A stretch of 63,423 nt of DNA, the filler included, from Octopus bimaculoides (Eukaryota): NCBI RefSeq assembly GCF_001194135.2. It is 8 parts of 7 records of this genome, joined end to end, with 100 filler letters (N's around TTAATTAATTAA, not from the genome) between each part and the next. Parts side by side here need not be neighbours in the genome. Positions count along the whole stretch, not along the records: positions 1 to 3,003 come from NC_068999.1; positions 3,104 to 6,829 come from NC_068994.1; positions 6,930 to 14,329 come from NC_069010.1; 5 more parts are not named here. One strand, 5' to 3'. Both the position numbers and the translations under genes were made by a program. Positions 1 to 10,770 of this stretch are shown here, in pieces. The number at the start of each line of letters is the position of its first letter. Position 1 is the stretch's first letter. The notes under the pieces were generated by a model. It did not search any database. It was not told the DNA's origin and saw only the letters and a program-made list of their open reading frames with translations.

Positions 1-25
1 TATATATATAGGTGTGTGTGTGTTT

Positions 26-166
26 GGAGGCACAATGCCACAGGGGTTAGAGCAGCGGACTCGCCGTCATAGGATCGCGGTTTCGATTCCCAGACCGGGC
101 GTTGTGAATGTTTATTGATCGAAAACACATAAAGCTCCACGAAGCTCCGGCAGGGGGTGGTGGTGA
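26..166 (+). mobile_element. tRNA-derived SINE type A, 5' part
   Basis: A-box-like and B-box (GGTTTCGATTCC) head; homologous to 11296-11652 and 16500-16703. Confidence 0.8.
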
Positions 167-1404
167 AATGTGGCAAGGCCGATATGTGCCAAGGCCGACA
201 GGAAGCGGTGCATCTTCCTAGGTCTAACCATCAGTAGTATTATTCACTTCAGGGGACTGTCACATTAAATTGAAAAGCATACAACTACTTCAGGAGCCAT
301 GTTGTCAGTATTTTGACACCGTCGCGAATCTTCACCATACGTGTAATTCTTTTCCAATATTCAGATGGCTTCCTGTCCTCCGTGTCAGGTAACTTTTAAT
401 CAACTACAACTATAAAACTAAGTAACAGAATTTAAATTGTTTTTGTCTTTGGTCGGTAAGTGTTATTTCTTCTTTGGTTCTGTCTAGAAATCAAAGAAAC
501 TTACTTCTATCCCCTTCAAACTTTGCTTTTCTGATCTGGAAATCAATGTTTTGAAGCTCACCTTTCAAACAGTTTCAGCGCTGTGTTGCTGGAGCAGAAA
601 TATCGTTATAGCAAATATTCTGCTCAATATCACAGATTTGCTTGTCAAGTTGCTTGACCTTAACAAGTTGACCACGTCTCTTAGTGGCTGTCAATATGTG
701 CATCTTTGATCATGAGCGGGAGTAGTTTGGGGACAATCAGAGCTTCGTGTTGAGAAGGATTCTTTGGGGTTTGAATAGATGTAACAAAAGCTAAGTTTGA
801 AGGAAATATTAACCATTTTTCATACTTTCTAGGGGTAAACAATTAAGAAACAACAGTTACTAACCAAGGAAAGAAAACATGTTGCACAATATAATCTTTG
901 CATCTTCAATACCGTTAATCAATCCTCAATAAAAATCTTCAAACTTAGCCCAAACGCAATCTATTATTGATGTGCCTAATTTCTATTCATGCTACATCAT
1001 TGAAAAATACGTATTCTCTATCACAGGCAAATTATTTATATATAGCTATATATTGTTGTATATAGCTGTATACAAACCCTCATACACTTAAACATTGCAA
1101 ACTAATATGAATTTCACTATGATGTATGTGTGTGTGTATATGTCTGTGTATCATTGTGTCAGCATGTGTATTCCAGAAATTTCGAGTTGACTCTAATAGA
1201 ACAAACTATGACAAATCATTCTCCGCGTAAGTAGTGAATCGAACGCTCGAATGGCTAGTTTGTACTGATATCAAGTTGTAACATTAAAGCCAAACGATAT
1301 AGTGATATTTTGGAAACATTTATTACGCTTCAGGATTGCATAATACGTTATAGGAAAAAATACAAGAAGTAAACATTCCTCAGTTAAAAAATGTCAAAAT
1401 TTAA

Positions 1405-1496
1405 AGAGATGTTTTAACTGAGGAAGATCTTGCGTAAAGGATGGTTCGATTATTACATATAAACCAAACCCGAAACGTACGTATTAAACCATTTCT
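1405..1496 (+). ncRNA. type I hammerhead ribozyme motif, Penelope-type
   Basis: CUGAGGA 1418-1424, GAAA 1472-1475, palindromic ACGUACGU stem III, GUA triplet 1481-1483; stem I 1405-1417 with 1484-1496 pairs at 12 of 13 positions; stem II irregular. Confidence 0.7.
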
Positions 1497-1526
1497 AAAT
1501 ATTTCGAGTTACCTTAATTACTGCAA

Positions 1527-1544
1527 CTATCTATCTATCCATCC

Positions 1545-1624
<80 letters not shown>

Positions 1625-1625
1625 G
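1527..1625. repeat. (TCTA)n microsatellite
   Basis: visible directly. Confidence 0.95.
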
Positions 1626-2972
1626 TATGCATGCATGTATGCATTGATATGTATATATCTATCTATATATTGATGTATGTGTATGTACCTATGTCACGTA
1701 TACGGAGAGAGATAAGCTGAGACAGAGTGAGATGAGGAGCTATGGTAGTAAATATGAGTGTGTCGTTTATTTAAATTCCAAGAAACATCTACAATTAGTA
1801 ATAACGGGCGGCACTGATAGATTTATCAGTAAGTATATACATTCGTATCGACATAAGAAATGACACAGTCACATATACAGATTATATAATATGTTAAATG
1901 TGAACACATAGATAGATATATAAACAGATACTTATATACGACCATTCATTCATATATATATATATATATANNNNNNNNNNNNNNNNNNNNNNNNNNNNNN
2001 NNNNNNNNNNNNNNNNNNNNNNNNNNNNNNNNNNNNNNNNNNNNNNNNNNNNNNNNNNNNNNNNNNNNNNNNNNNNNNNNNNNNNNNNNNNNNNNNNNNN
2101 NNNNNNNNNNNNNNNNNNNNNNNNNNNNNNNNNNNNNNNNNNNNNNNNNNNNNNNNNNNNNNNNNNNNNNNNNNNNNNNNNNNNNNNNNNNNNNNNNNNN
2201 NNNNNNNNNNNNNNNNNNNNNNNNNNNNNNNNNNNNNNNNNNNNNNNNNNNNNNNNNNNNNNNNNNNNNNNNNNNNNNNNNNNNNNNNNNNNNNNNNNNN
2301 NNNNNNNNNNNNNNNNNNNNNNNNNNNNNNNNNNNNNNNNNNNNNNNNNNNNNNNNNNNNNNNNNNNNNNNNNNNNNNNNNNNNNNNNNNNNNNNNNNNN
2401 NNNNNNNNNNNNNNNNNNNNNNNNNNNNNNNNNNNNNNNNNNNNNNNNNNNNNNNNNNNNNNNNNNNNNNNNNNNNNNNNNNNNNNNNNNNNNNNNNNNN
2501 NNNNNNNNNNNNNNNNNNNNNNNNNNNNNNTATATATATATATATATATATATGCGTGTGCTTGTGCGTGTACATACCTCAAACACATATACACATGAAT
2601 GTATAATGATGCAGGAGTGTGTATCAATATTTTATTCTATATATGTGTATAACATATGTTTGCGCGCGTGTTTTTAGATACATTTATGTGCTTATGTGTA
2701 TATATGTTTATGTTTATATTCCTTTGTACATATATATATATATATATATACATACATTTTTATATATCTGTACACAGATATATAAACATACATATATATT
2801 TATAAACATATTATATATAATATATATGTATATACTCGTATATATAAACAATAATACAAAAAAAACTTACTTTGGTCAACACCAAAACGTTGCCGACCAC
2901 ACACACACACACAGACATATACATACACACACACATATACACCCGCAGACGCACACACGTGTGTATAAGTAC

Positions 2973-3003
<31 letters not shown>

Positions 3004-3103
3004 NNNNNNNNNNNNNNNNNNNNNNNNNNNNNNNNNNNNNNNNNNNNTTAATTAATTAANNNNNNNNNNNNNNNNNNNNNNNNNNNNNNNNNNNNNNNNN
3101 NNN
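3004..3103. other. artificial contig-joining spacer (44 N + TTAATTAATTAA + 44 N)
   Basis: identical 100-nt spacers at 3004, 6830, 14330, 16400, 26528, 29619 and 60378; the 12-mer has stops in all six frames. Confidence 0.95.
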
Positions 3104-3540
3104 AGTTGGCGAGCTGGCAGAAACGTTAGCACGCTGGGCGAAATGTTTAGCGGTATTTCGTCTGCCGCTACGTTCTCGGTTCAAATTCCGCTGAGGTCAA
3201 CTTTACCTTTCATCCTTTTGGGGTCGATAAATTAAGTACCAGTTACGCACTGGAGTCGATGTAATCGACTTAATCCCTTTGTCTGTCTTTGTTTGTCCCC
3301 TCTATGTTTAGCCCCTTGTGGGCAATAAAGAAATAAGAAACGTTAGCATGCCGCGTGAAATACCTAGCGGTATTTTGTCTGTCTTTACGTTCTGAGTTCA
3401 AATTCCACCAAAGTTGACTTTGCCTTTCATCGTTGGAGATCGATAAAATGAATATCAGATGACTACTGTGGTTGGTGCAAACGACTTACCCACTTTCCTG
3501 GAATTGCTGGCTTAGTGCCAAAACTTGAAATCAATATTAT
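3104..3540 (+). mobile_element. SINE type B, two copies head-to-tail
   Basis: shared body gagttcaaattccgccgaggtcgactttgcctttcatcctttcggggtcgataaattaagtaccag; resembles, from memory, the conserved central domain of Meta/Ceph-type SINEs. Confidence 0.8.
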
Positions 3541-4374
3541 CTCTGTATAAATGTTGTTGGCGTGCTGGCTGATTGGTTGGCTGGCTGGTTGGTTAGCTGG
3601 TTTCTCTAGTCACGCTTTACGTCGTATTGAGAGAGCGGAATTAAGTAAAAAAAGAGATGCAGAGAAGTGCAGAATGGGTGCACATTCTAGGCTTCGTGGC
3701 AGGCAATGAGTAAAACAACGTTATACGCACGCAGTCACACCTGCACACTGAGTGGGAGAGAAGGAAGTGGAGAGGGTGTAAACGACAGAGATGTTATGGG
3801 GGAAGTTAAACAAACAAGAGACTTAAATCTAATTTCATTTTTAAGGTAATAAATAGTTTTCTTTTTAAGATTTTGTATTCATTTCATCGATATTACCCAT
3901 GTGGTAAAAATATACTCCCTAAGTTACCAGTCATATGACGGGTAACNNNNNNNNNNNNNNNNNNNNNNNNNNNNNNNNNNNNNNNNNNNNNNNNNNNNNN
4001 NNNNNNNNNNNNNNNNNNNNNNNNNNNNNNNNNNNNNNNNNNNNNNNNNNNNNNNNNNNNNNNNNNNNNNNNNNNNNNNNNNNNNNNNNNNNNNNNNNNN
4101 NNNNNNNNNNNNNNNNNNNNNNNNNNNNNNNNNNNNNNNNNNNNNNNNNNNNNNNNNNNNNNNNNNNNNNNNNNNNNNNNNNNNNNNNNNNNNNNNNNNN
4201 NNNNNNNNNNNNNNNNNNNNNNNNNNNNNNNNNNNNNNNNNNNNNNNNNNNNNNNNNNNNNNNNNNNNNNNNNNNNNNNNNNNNNNNNNNNNNNNNNNNN
4301 NNNNNNNNNNNNNNNNNNNNNNNNNNNNNNNNNNNNNNNNNNNNNNNNNNNNNNNNNNTAGCATACTCGCTGCC

Positions 4375-4680
4375 ATAATAATCTTTTCTACTGAAAGTAC
4401 AAGGCCTCTAATTTGGGAAAACGGATTAAGTCGACTACATCGATCCCAGTGCGTAACTGGTTCTTATTTCAATCGACCCCAAAAGGATGAAAGGCAAAAA
4501 CGACCTCGGCGGAATTTGAACTCATAACGTAGCTGCGCACGAAATACCGATACGCATTTCGCCCGGCGTGCTAACAATATTGCCAGATCGCCGTTTTAAA
4601 TGGTAAGCAGCATCGGCTGCCTTAGTAATAATAATAATCCTTTCTACTAACGGCACGAGGCCTGAAATTTGGGCGAATGC
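4375..4680 (-). mobile_element. SINE type B plus the tail of a second copy
   Basis: reverse complement of the type B body. Confidence 0.75.
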
Positions 4681-5039
4681 GATAGCATTCCTGTCATGAC
4701 CAACCAGCCTGCCTTTTAAGAGAAAATAGTGTTGTATTATCCAATGTTCTCTCTTCTATCATGGTAGATAATAATTTGAGTGAGATTTCATTATATTTTC
4801 TAAGCGGTCGGGTGAGCATGTAGCGGCTCTCTCGCTGGTTCCGACGAACTCGTTTAAAACAATTAAGCATTATTGTAATGGGGATACCGAAACGGTAAGC
4901 ATAATAGAATTTGACGTCATACGTTTCTGTGTGACGTCACGGTGTCTGCACTAACGTCACACAGGACTTAACTCGTTTGATAAATTACTAACTGAATCGG
5001 CCTGCAAATGTGTACTCTGTTTAGTTGTCATTGCCTGCA

Positions 5040-5450
5040 GGTAGTATTGGTGATGGTATACTGATGGTGCGGTTGACTGTGGCTTTGCTGGTGGTGGTGG
5101 TGGTGGTGCTGGAGTTGTTGTTATTGTTGTTGTTGTTGGTGGTGGTGGTGGATAGGACTTCTGGTGATTATGGTAATTATAGTTTGGGTTGTGGTGATGG
5201 GAATGGTTGCAGTGGTAGTGTTTGTGGTTGTGGTTGTGGTGGTAGTGGTGTCGGTGGTGAGGGTGGGGGATTGCGTTGGTCGCAGCAGTGTTATTGTAGC
5301 TGATGGTGGTTGTGGTGGTGGTAGTGGTGGCGGTGGTGGTTGTGGCAGTGGCACTAATGATGGTTGTTGTGATGATGGTGATGATGATGATGATGATAGT
5401 GATGGTGGTGGTTGTGGTGGTGGTGGTGGTGGTGGTGGTGGTGGTAGTAA
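5040..5450. repeat. compound (GGT/GTT/GAT)n trinucleotide tract
   Basis: visible directly; gives rise to the low-complexity ORFs at 4957-5512. Confidence 0.9.
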
Positions 5451-6066
5451 TGGGTCTTGCAGCTGACGTTGTCCGAGGAAAGGACAAGAGCCGATACAGC
5501 CTTAAAAACTAGTGATGTTGCAGGACCACTTTAGGGAATCTGGTCCCCGAATTGTAAACGATTAACTAAACCCTTCAACTTGAGGATTGGATTGGACTAG
5601 GTTGCCCATGTTCAATCCACTGCAGGACGAAGCCCTCGGCATATTCTCTCCACCCAACCACAGTCCATTGTAGAGGCTGCGAATTTGTGCTTGAGGTCAT
5701 ACTGGTTTAATGAGCCTACTCTACCACACTGGCTGAGCATGTTTTAGAAGAGAGGTGCTGTTTTTTATAATCTTATCCTGGAGTAGTTAAGTCGATTAGA
5801 TCGACCCCCAGTGTTCAACTGGTACTTGAGGATTACTACACTTTTTAATATTTTATCGCTTTCAGTTATCAGAACTGTAGCCATGCTGGTGCACCACTTT
5901 CATGGCTTAAGTTGGTCAAATTAATCACAATACTTATTCTAAGATTGACATTTATTCCGCCTGATCTCTTTATACCGAGCCTCCATATATTTTGTGTGCG
6001 CGCGCGTACGTGCGTGTGTGTGTGTGTGTGTGTGTCTGCGTGTGTGCAACCCTAGGCAACAACGTA

Positions 6067-6117
6067 AGTGTCACTGATGAGGATTAACTCAATCCGAATC
6101 TTCGATGATTTGACACT
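6067..6117 (+). ncRNA. type I hammerhead ribozyme motif with a 1-nt deletion in the core
   Basis: AGUGUCA/UGACACU stem I, CUGAUGA, GGAUU/AAUCC stem II, GAA instead of GAAA, AUC/GAU stem III, AUU triplet. Confidence 0.75.
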
Positions 6118-6929
6118 CCTCGCTTGCTGTAGGGTCTCCCTTGTCAGCCAATAGATAAGTGCTTGCTCATGGCTAAGAGTTGTTTTGACTCTTATTTCTA
6201 GCAATGCTGGTACTGACTTGCTCCTTCTGTCACTTTAGTGTCGTTTGTACTTGTGACTTTTGGTTTTAAAATTGCTGATGGCCGTCTTAACAATTTATAA
6301 CTTTCAATTTACCAGTTTACGGAATCAGCAAGTGATTTCTATGGTATATATAAGGTGAAGACAGGTGTATGAACGACAAGCAACAGATATGAATATCGCT
6401 ATCTGTTGGAGATATATTGTAGTAGTAGAATTAGTAGTTTTAACTGCTATTTCTAAATTTTCGGTAAGTTGGTGAAGCAACTTTTGCTGATCCCTAAATT
6501 ATGTTTATAATTATAAAAGTTTTACCGATAATGGTTTTTTTGCATACCGAACTAGGATCTTTTTGATTTGACGGGCAACGCTAAAACCGGAACCCTAACC
6601 CTAAAACCCTAAAGCTAAAACCAGTACAAACGCACGAACGATGTTATAAATAACAGTACCGCCGATAGTTGTTGTTGACAAACAACGGCGCTAATTTTAT
6701 TCAAGGGAAAAGATCCCATAACACCGTTAGAATATGTTGTTTACATTCTATGGCAGTAATTGTTTTCACCTCAATAGACGTCAGTGATTGGTTGAAATTA
6801 CCGAAATATGACAACTTTTTACATGAAATNNNNNNNNNNNNNNNNNNNNNNNNNNNNNNNNNNNNNNNNNNNNTTAATTAATTAANNNNNNNNNNNNNNN
6901 NNNNNNNNNNNNNNNNNNNNNNNNNNNNN

Positions 6930-6968
<39 letters not shown>

Positions 6969-8491
6969 ATATATATAATTAGAATTTAGAAGCGTAGAGA
7001 CATTAAATAAATCGTTTTACACTATGGTACTCATAATTGATAATGCTATAAATGATGTCTTCCATGTTTACATCCAAACCTAATATTTACGTTATTATTC
7101 AGAGCTTTATCTATGATACTTTGTGTTCCACCATTAAAAACGATATATAGTATAGAGTCTGTCCTTTTTGATGTGTGAGATATCTGGCTGTTATTTCTAG
7201 CTGGTGTAATGGCCTCGTGGAGGCCCAGACCAAAATTGACTCACGTCCACCGACACGTATGCACATCCACCAACATCTATGCATAAATACAGAGATTTGC
7301 AAGCATACACATTCACCTAAAATTACTATATTAGAATCGATACATGCACTTCCTTTGTCCTAGGAAACACCTTCGAATGGAAGGTACAGGTGCCGCTGAT
7401 CAGGAGATCGATCAGCTGCCAGCATCCACTCGTCAGTGTTCTTCGGATGCTGTACTGAAACTGTAGGATGTGCGGGGGATTCCTGGATAATAATGACTGT
7501 GAACAACAAGTGTAGTCAGTACGTTTGGGATGTATCTATTCACAACTTGACTCTAATCGAACTGTTGTTTGGACGGAGCGTCGATTGAAGTTGTAATCTC
7601 GTGACAAGGTGTATAGAATGAGAAATAACCGGTTGTCCTTCATCGTATATTATTTTTCAGTTGGTTCATACTAGTATAATTCATTTATTCTTTCACTTGT
7701 TTCAGCCATTTGACCGNNNNNNNNNNNNNNNNNNNNNNNNNNNNNNNNNNNNNNNNNNNNNNNNNNNNNNNNNNNNNNNNNNNNNNNNNNNNNNNNNNNN
7801 NNNNNNNNNNNNNNNNNNNNNNNNNNNNNNNNNNNNNNNNNNNNNNNNNNNNNNNNNNNNNNNNNNNNNNNNNNNNNNNNNNNNNNNNNNNNNNNNNNNN
7901 NNNNNNNNNNNNNNNNNNNNCACGAAAAAACAACAGACGAAGACAGGTGGTGTAAACGACAAATGGATGTATTAGTATAACCGATGCTGGTGTGTTTACG
8001 TCCCCGTAACTTAGCAGTTTGGTAAAAGAGACCACTAGAATAAGTACTAGGCTTACAAAGAATAATTCCTGGGGTCGATTTACTCAACTGAAGGTGGTGC
8101 TCCAGCATGGCTGCAGTCAAATGACTGAAACAAGTAAGTAAAAGAGTATATATATATATATATATCATCGTCGTTTAACGTCCGCTTTCCATGCTAGCGT
8201 GGGTTGGACGATTTGACTGAGGACTGGTGAAACCAGATGGCTACACCAGGCTCCAATCTCATTTGCCAGAGTTTCTACAGCTGGATGCTCTTCCTAACGC
8301 CAACCACTAAGAAAATGGAGGGGAATATGTGGTACTCATCAACTTGCAGACACTGTACTATGTCAATTTACCTATTTATTTGTTTATTTTTCAACCCAGA
8401 AGGACAGTAAAGACAATATACAAACACATATGACACACTTTGTCATATCAGCAATTAAAAATTCAACAGGATATCTAGTGACTGAAGAAGG

Positions 8492-8634
8492 CACAAAGCC
8501 TTACAGCTGTTTCGGCCTAGAGGTGGCATGCCTCATTCTATCTATATAACTCCAGTAAGCTGGAGTAATTGGTAGATGAAATGGGTGCAATGGAGGTACA
8601 TGCATGATTCTCTAGGCCTCTTCAGAGATTTACA
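8492..8634 (-). ncRNA. type I hammerhead ribozyme with intact core and long branched stem II
   Basis: minus strand: CUGAAGA (8625-8619), 9-bp GGCCUAGAG/CUCUAGGCC, GAAA (8513-8510), palindromic ACAGCUGU, GUA triplet, stem I UCU/AGG continuing after a bulge. Confidence 0.8.
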
Positions 8635-9466
8635 AAGTTCAGTTCATGATATATATGTGGATTGATACCTAGATATACACTCCTTAAAGTCCCAGAGATA
8701 TTCAAATTTTTGTTGTACTTCAAGACATCCTTTCAACAGATGGCACTTTATAATTACCCACTCGTGTAATCAAACTAATTAATCAAACTAATTAATTTTG
8801 TGCAGCGGTTTCTTCTGCATATTGTACCAGCACATCCTGTACGTTCTGCCTAATGCATATTCTAGCAAGTTCCATAAACTTGTGCTCCAAATGTTCAATT
8901 TGGTATGGTAATTACTAAAAGAGGTGAGGATTTGTATATTGAAATGAAGGCATGGCTGTTTGGTTAGCAGCTCACTTTGTAACCACGTGGTGTCTGGTTC
9001 AGTCCCACTGCATGGCACCTTGGGCAAGTGTTATGGAAGAAGCCTGAACACCCCGCGTGACTGAACATGGACTAACCGATTACAATAAATAAGAACAGGG
9101 TGAACTGTCTTGTAGTTGACGGTATTAGTTCGACCGTGTTGGTTAACCATGTTAGTTCAACTTGTGTAGGTTTAACAGTCAGTAATTGAACAGTGAATGC
9201 GGAGTATCGTACCTATGTTCAAGAGGTACAAAGTGTGTTCTGTGTTAACATACGTTTCTGCGATAGGTTATTTTTAAATAACCACAACCATCTATTTATT
9301 TGTGGAATACCATTTTACACCAGACGTATATACCTACATCATAAATAACAAGTGTCTTGTACTACAGTCCCATCCTGACCAATGCTTTGTGAGTGAATTT
9401 AGTTGATGGAAACTGTGGGGAAGCTCTTTGTGTGTGTGTATCTACATACATAAATATGTGTGTGAA

Positions 9467-9810
9467 GGCATATGGCTCAGTGGTTAGAGTGTCAGGCTTA
9501 CAATCATGAGGTAGTGAATTTGATTCCTGGACTGGGCTGTGTGTTGTGTTCTTGAGCAAGACACTTTGTTTCATGTTGCTCCAGTTCACTCACCTGTAGA
9601 AATGGGTTACATTGTCACTGGTGCCAAGCTGTATTGGCCCCTTTGCCTTTCCTTTGGATAACATCAGTGGCATGGAGAGGGAAGACTGGTATGCATGGGC
9701 GACTGCTGGTCTTCCATAAACAACCTTGCCCAGACTTGTGCCTTGGATGGGAACTTTCTAGGTGCAATTCCATGGTCATTGATGACCGAAGGGTGGGTCT
9801 TTGCCCTTCT
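9467..9810 (+). mobile_element. CORE-type SINE (type C), full length
   Basis: tRNA head, then tgtgttcttgagcaagacactttgtttcatgttgctccagttcactcacctgtagaaatggg, which resembles the MIR/CORE domain; same tail as 40445-40728. Confidence 0.75.
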
Positions 9811-10129
9811 CATGTATGTATATAACAAATGAGTGAAAGAGAAAATGAAATCCACACTGTTCTTTATTAATCACAACAATTGTTTTGACTCATTTTGCAT
9901 TGGTCCCTAGCAGGTGAGATTCTAGACTACTGATTGTGGTACATCATTCAGTGCAGATGTGTCAGATCAGGTGACCTTTCAAAAGCTGTCCCACTCAATA
10001 AAGTCGGTTCTGCACTGTGCAATTATAATATACTTTCTTATTTACCTGTAGCCGGTTGTGTATAGGGGGTATCATGGTTTAGAATGGCTTGGAACGGAAT
10101 ACAGTGGAGTGTGTGTGTGTATGTATATG

Positions 10130-10162
<33 letters not shown>

Positions 10163-10165
<3 letters not shown>

Positions 10166-10515
10166 ATCATCATCATCATCATCGTTTAAAGTCCGCTTTC
10201 CATGGGTTGGACGATTTGACTGAGGACTGGTGAACCAGATGGCTACACCAGGCTCCAATCTGATTTGGCAGAGTTTCTACAGCTGGATGCCCTTCCTAAC
10301 GCCAACCACTCCAAGAGTGTAGTGGGTGCTTTTACGTGCCACCCGCACGAAGGCCAGTCAGGCGGTACTGGCAACGGCCACGCTCAAAATGGTGTATTTT
10401 ATGTGCCACCCGCACAAGAGCCAGTCCAGGGGCACTGGCAACGATCTCGCTCGAAAGTCCTTACACATGCCACGGGCACAAGTGCCAGAAAGGCGACGCT
10501 GGGCACGGGTGCCAT
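10163..10515 (-). mobile_element. RTE 3' UTR fragment with (GAT)n tail
   Basis: nearly identical to 53455-53722 and 8163-8310; homologous to the 3' end of 46740-48530; further pieces near 14160, 37770, 42560, 54340, 55225, 39760, 57270 and 59080. Confidence 0.8.
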
Positions 10516-10658
10516 CCCGATTTCGCTTTCGCTTGCCATATATATATATAGTCAATCTAAACATGAACAAGCAAGAAAAAACATGAAAAAACAACAACGC
10601 GAGGACATGGAATAAGTACAGTGTTATTGGACGCTCAGGAAAGGAAAGAAAAGAAAGA

Positions 10659-10697
10659 AGATTTCACGTTTCGAGCTGAGCTCTTCATCAGAAATCT
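10659..10697 (-). ncRNA. minimal type I hammerhead motif in a Penelope-like terminal repeat
   Basis: AGAUUU-CUGAUGA-A-GAGC uca GCUC-GAAACGUG-AAAUCU; position 17 is G, which is non-permissive. Confidence 0.7.
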
Positions 10698-10770
10698 AGG
10701 AAAAGTCCAAAGGAGGGAAGACAGAGAAAGAAAATCGCCAACGATGCACACGTGGTTACATATATAATTA

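Noticed and set aside
26-100. tRNA genes at SINE heads (also 9467, 11296, 16640, 40445)
   Set aside because: A and B boxes are present, but each continues into a shared non-tRNA body and lacks a full cloverleaf
1894-2627. Long ORFs full of X, and YI/HT/CV-repeat ORFs throughout the track
   Set aside because: They are translations of N gaps and (TA)n, (CA)n or (TG)n microsatellites
3048-3059. Recurrent TTAATTAATTAA as a biological repeat or CRISPR-like array
   Set aside because: Always centred in exactly 88 N; a synthetic linker. No CRISPR array, rRNA or prokaryotic feature was seen anywhere
4957-5512. Thr/His/Pro-rich and Val/Gly-rich ORFs as mucin-like or glycine-rich proteins
   Set aside because: Trinucleotide repeats are open in several frames on both strands; there are no splice or homology cues
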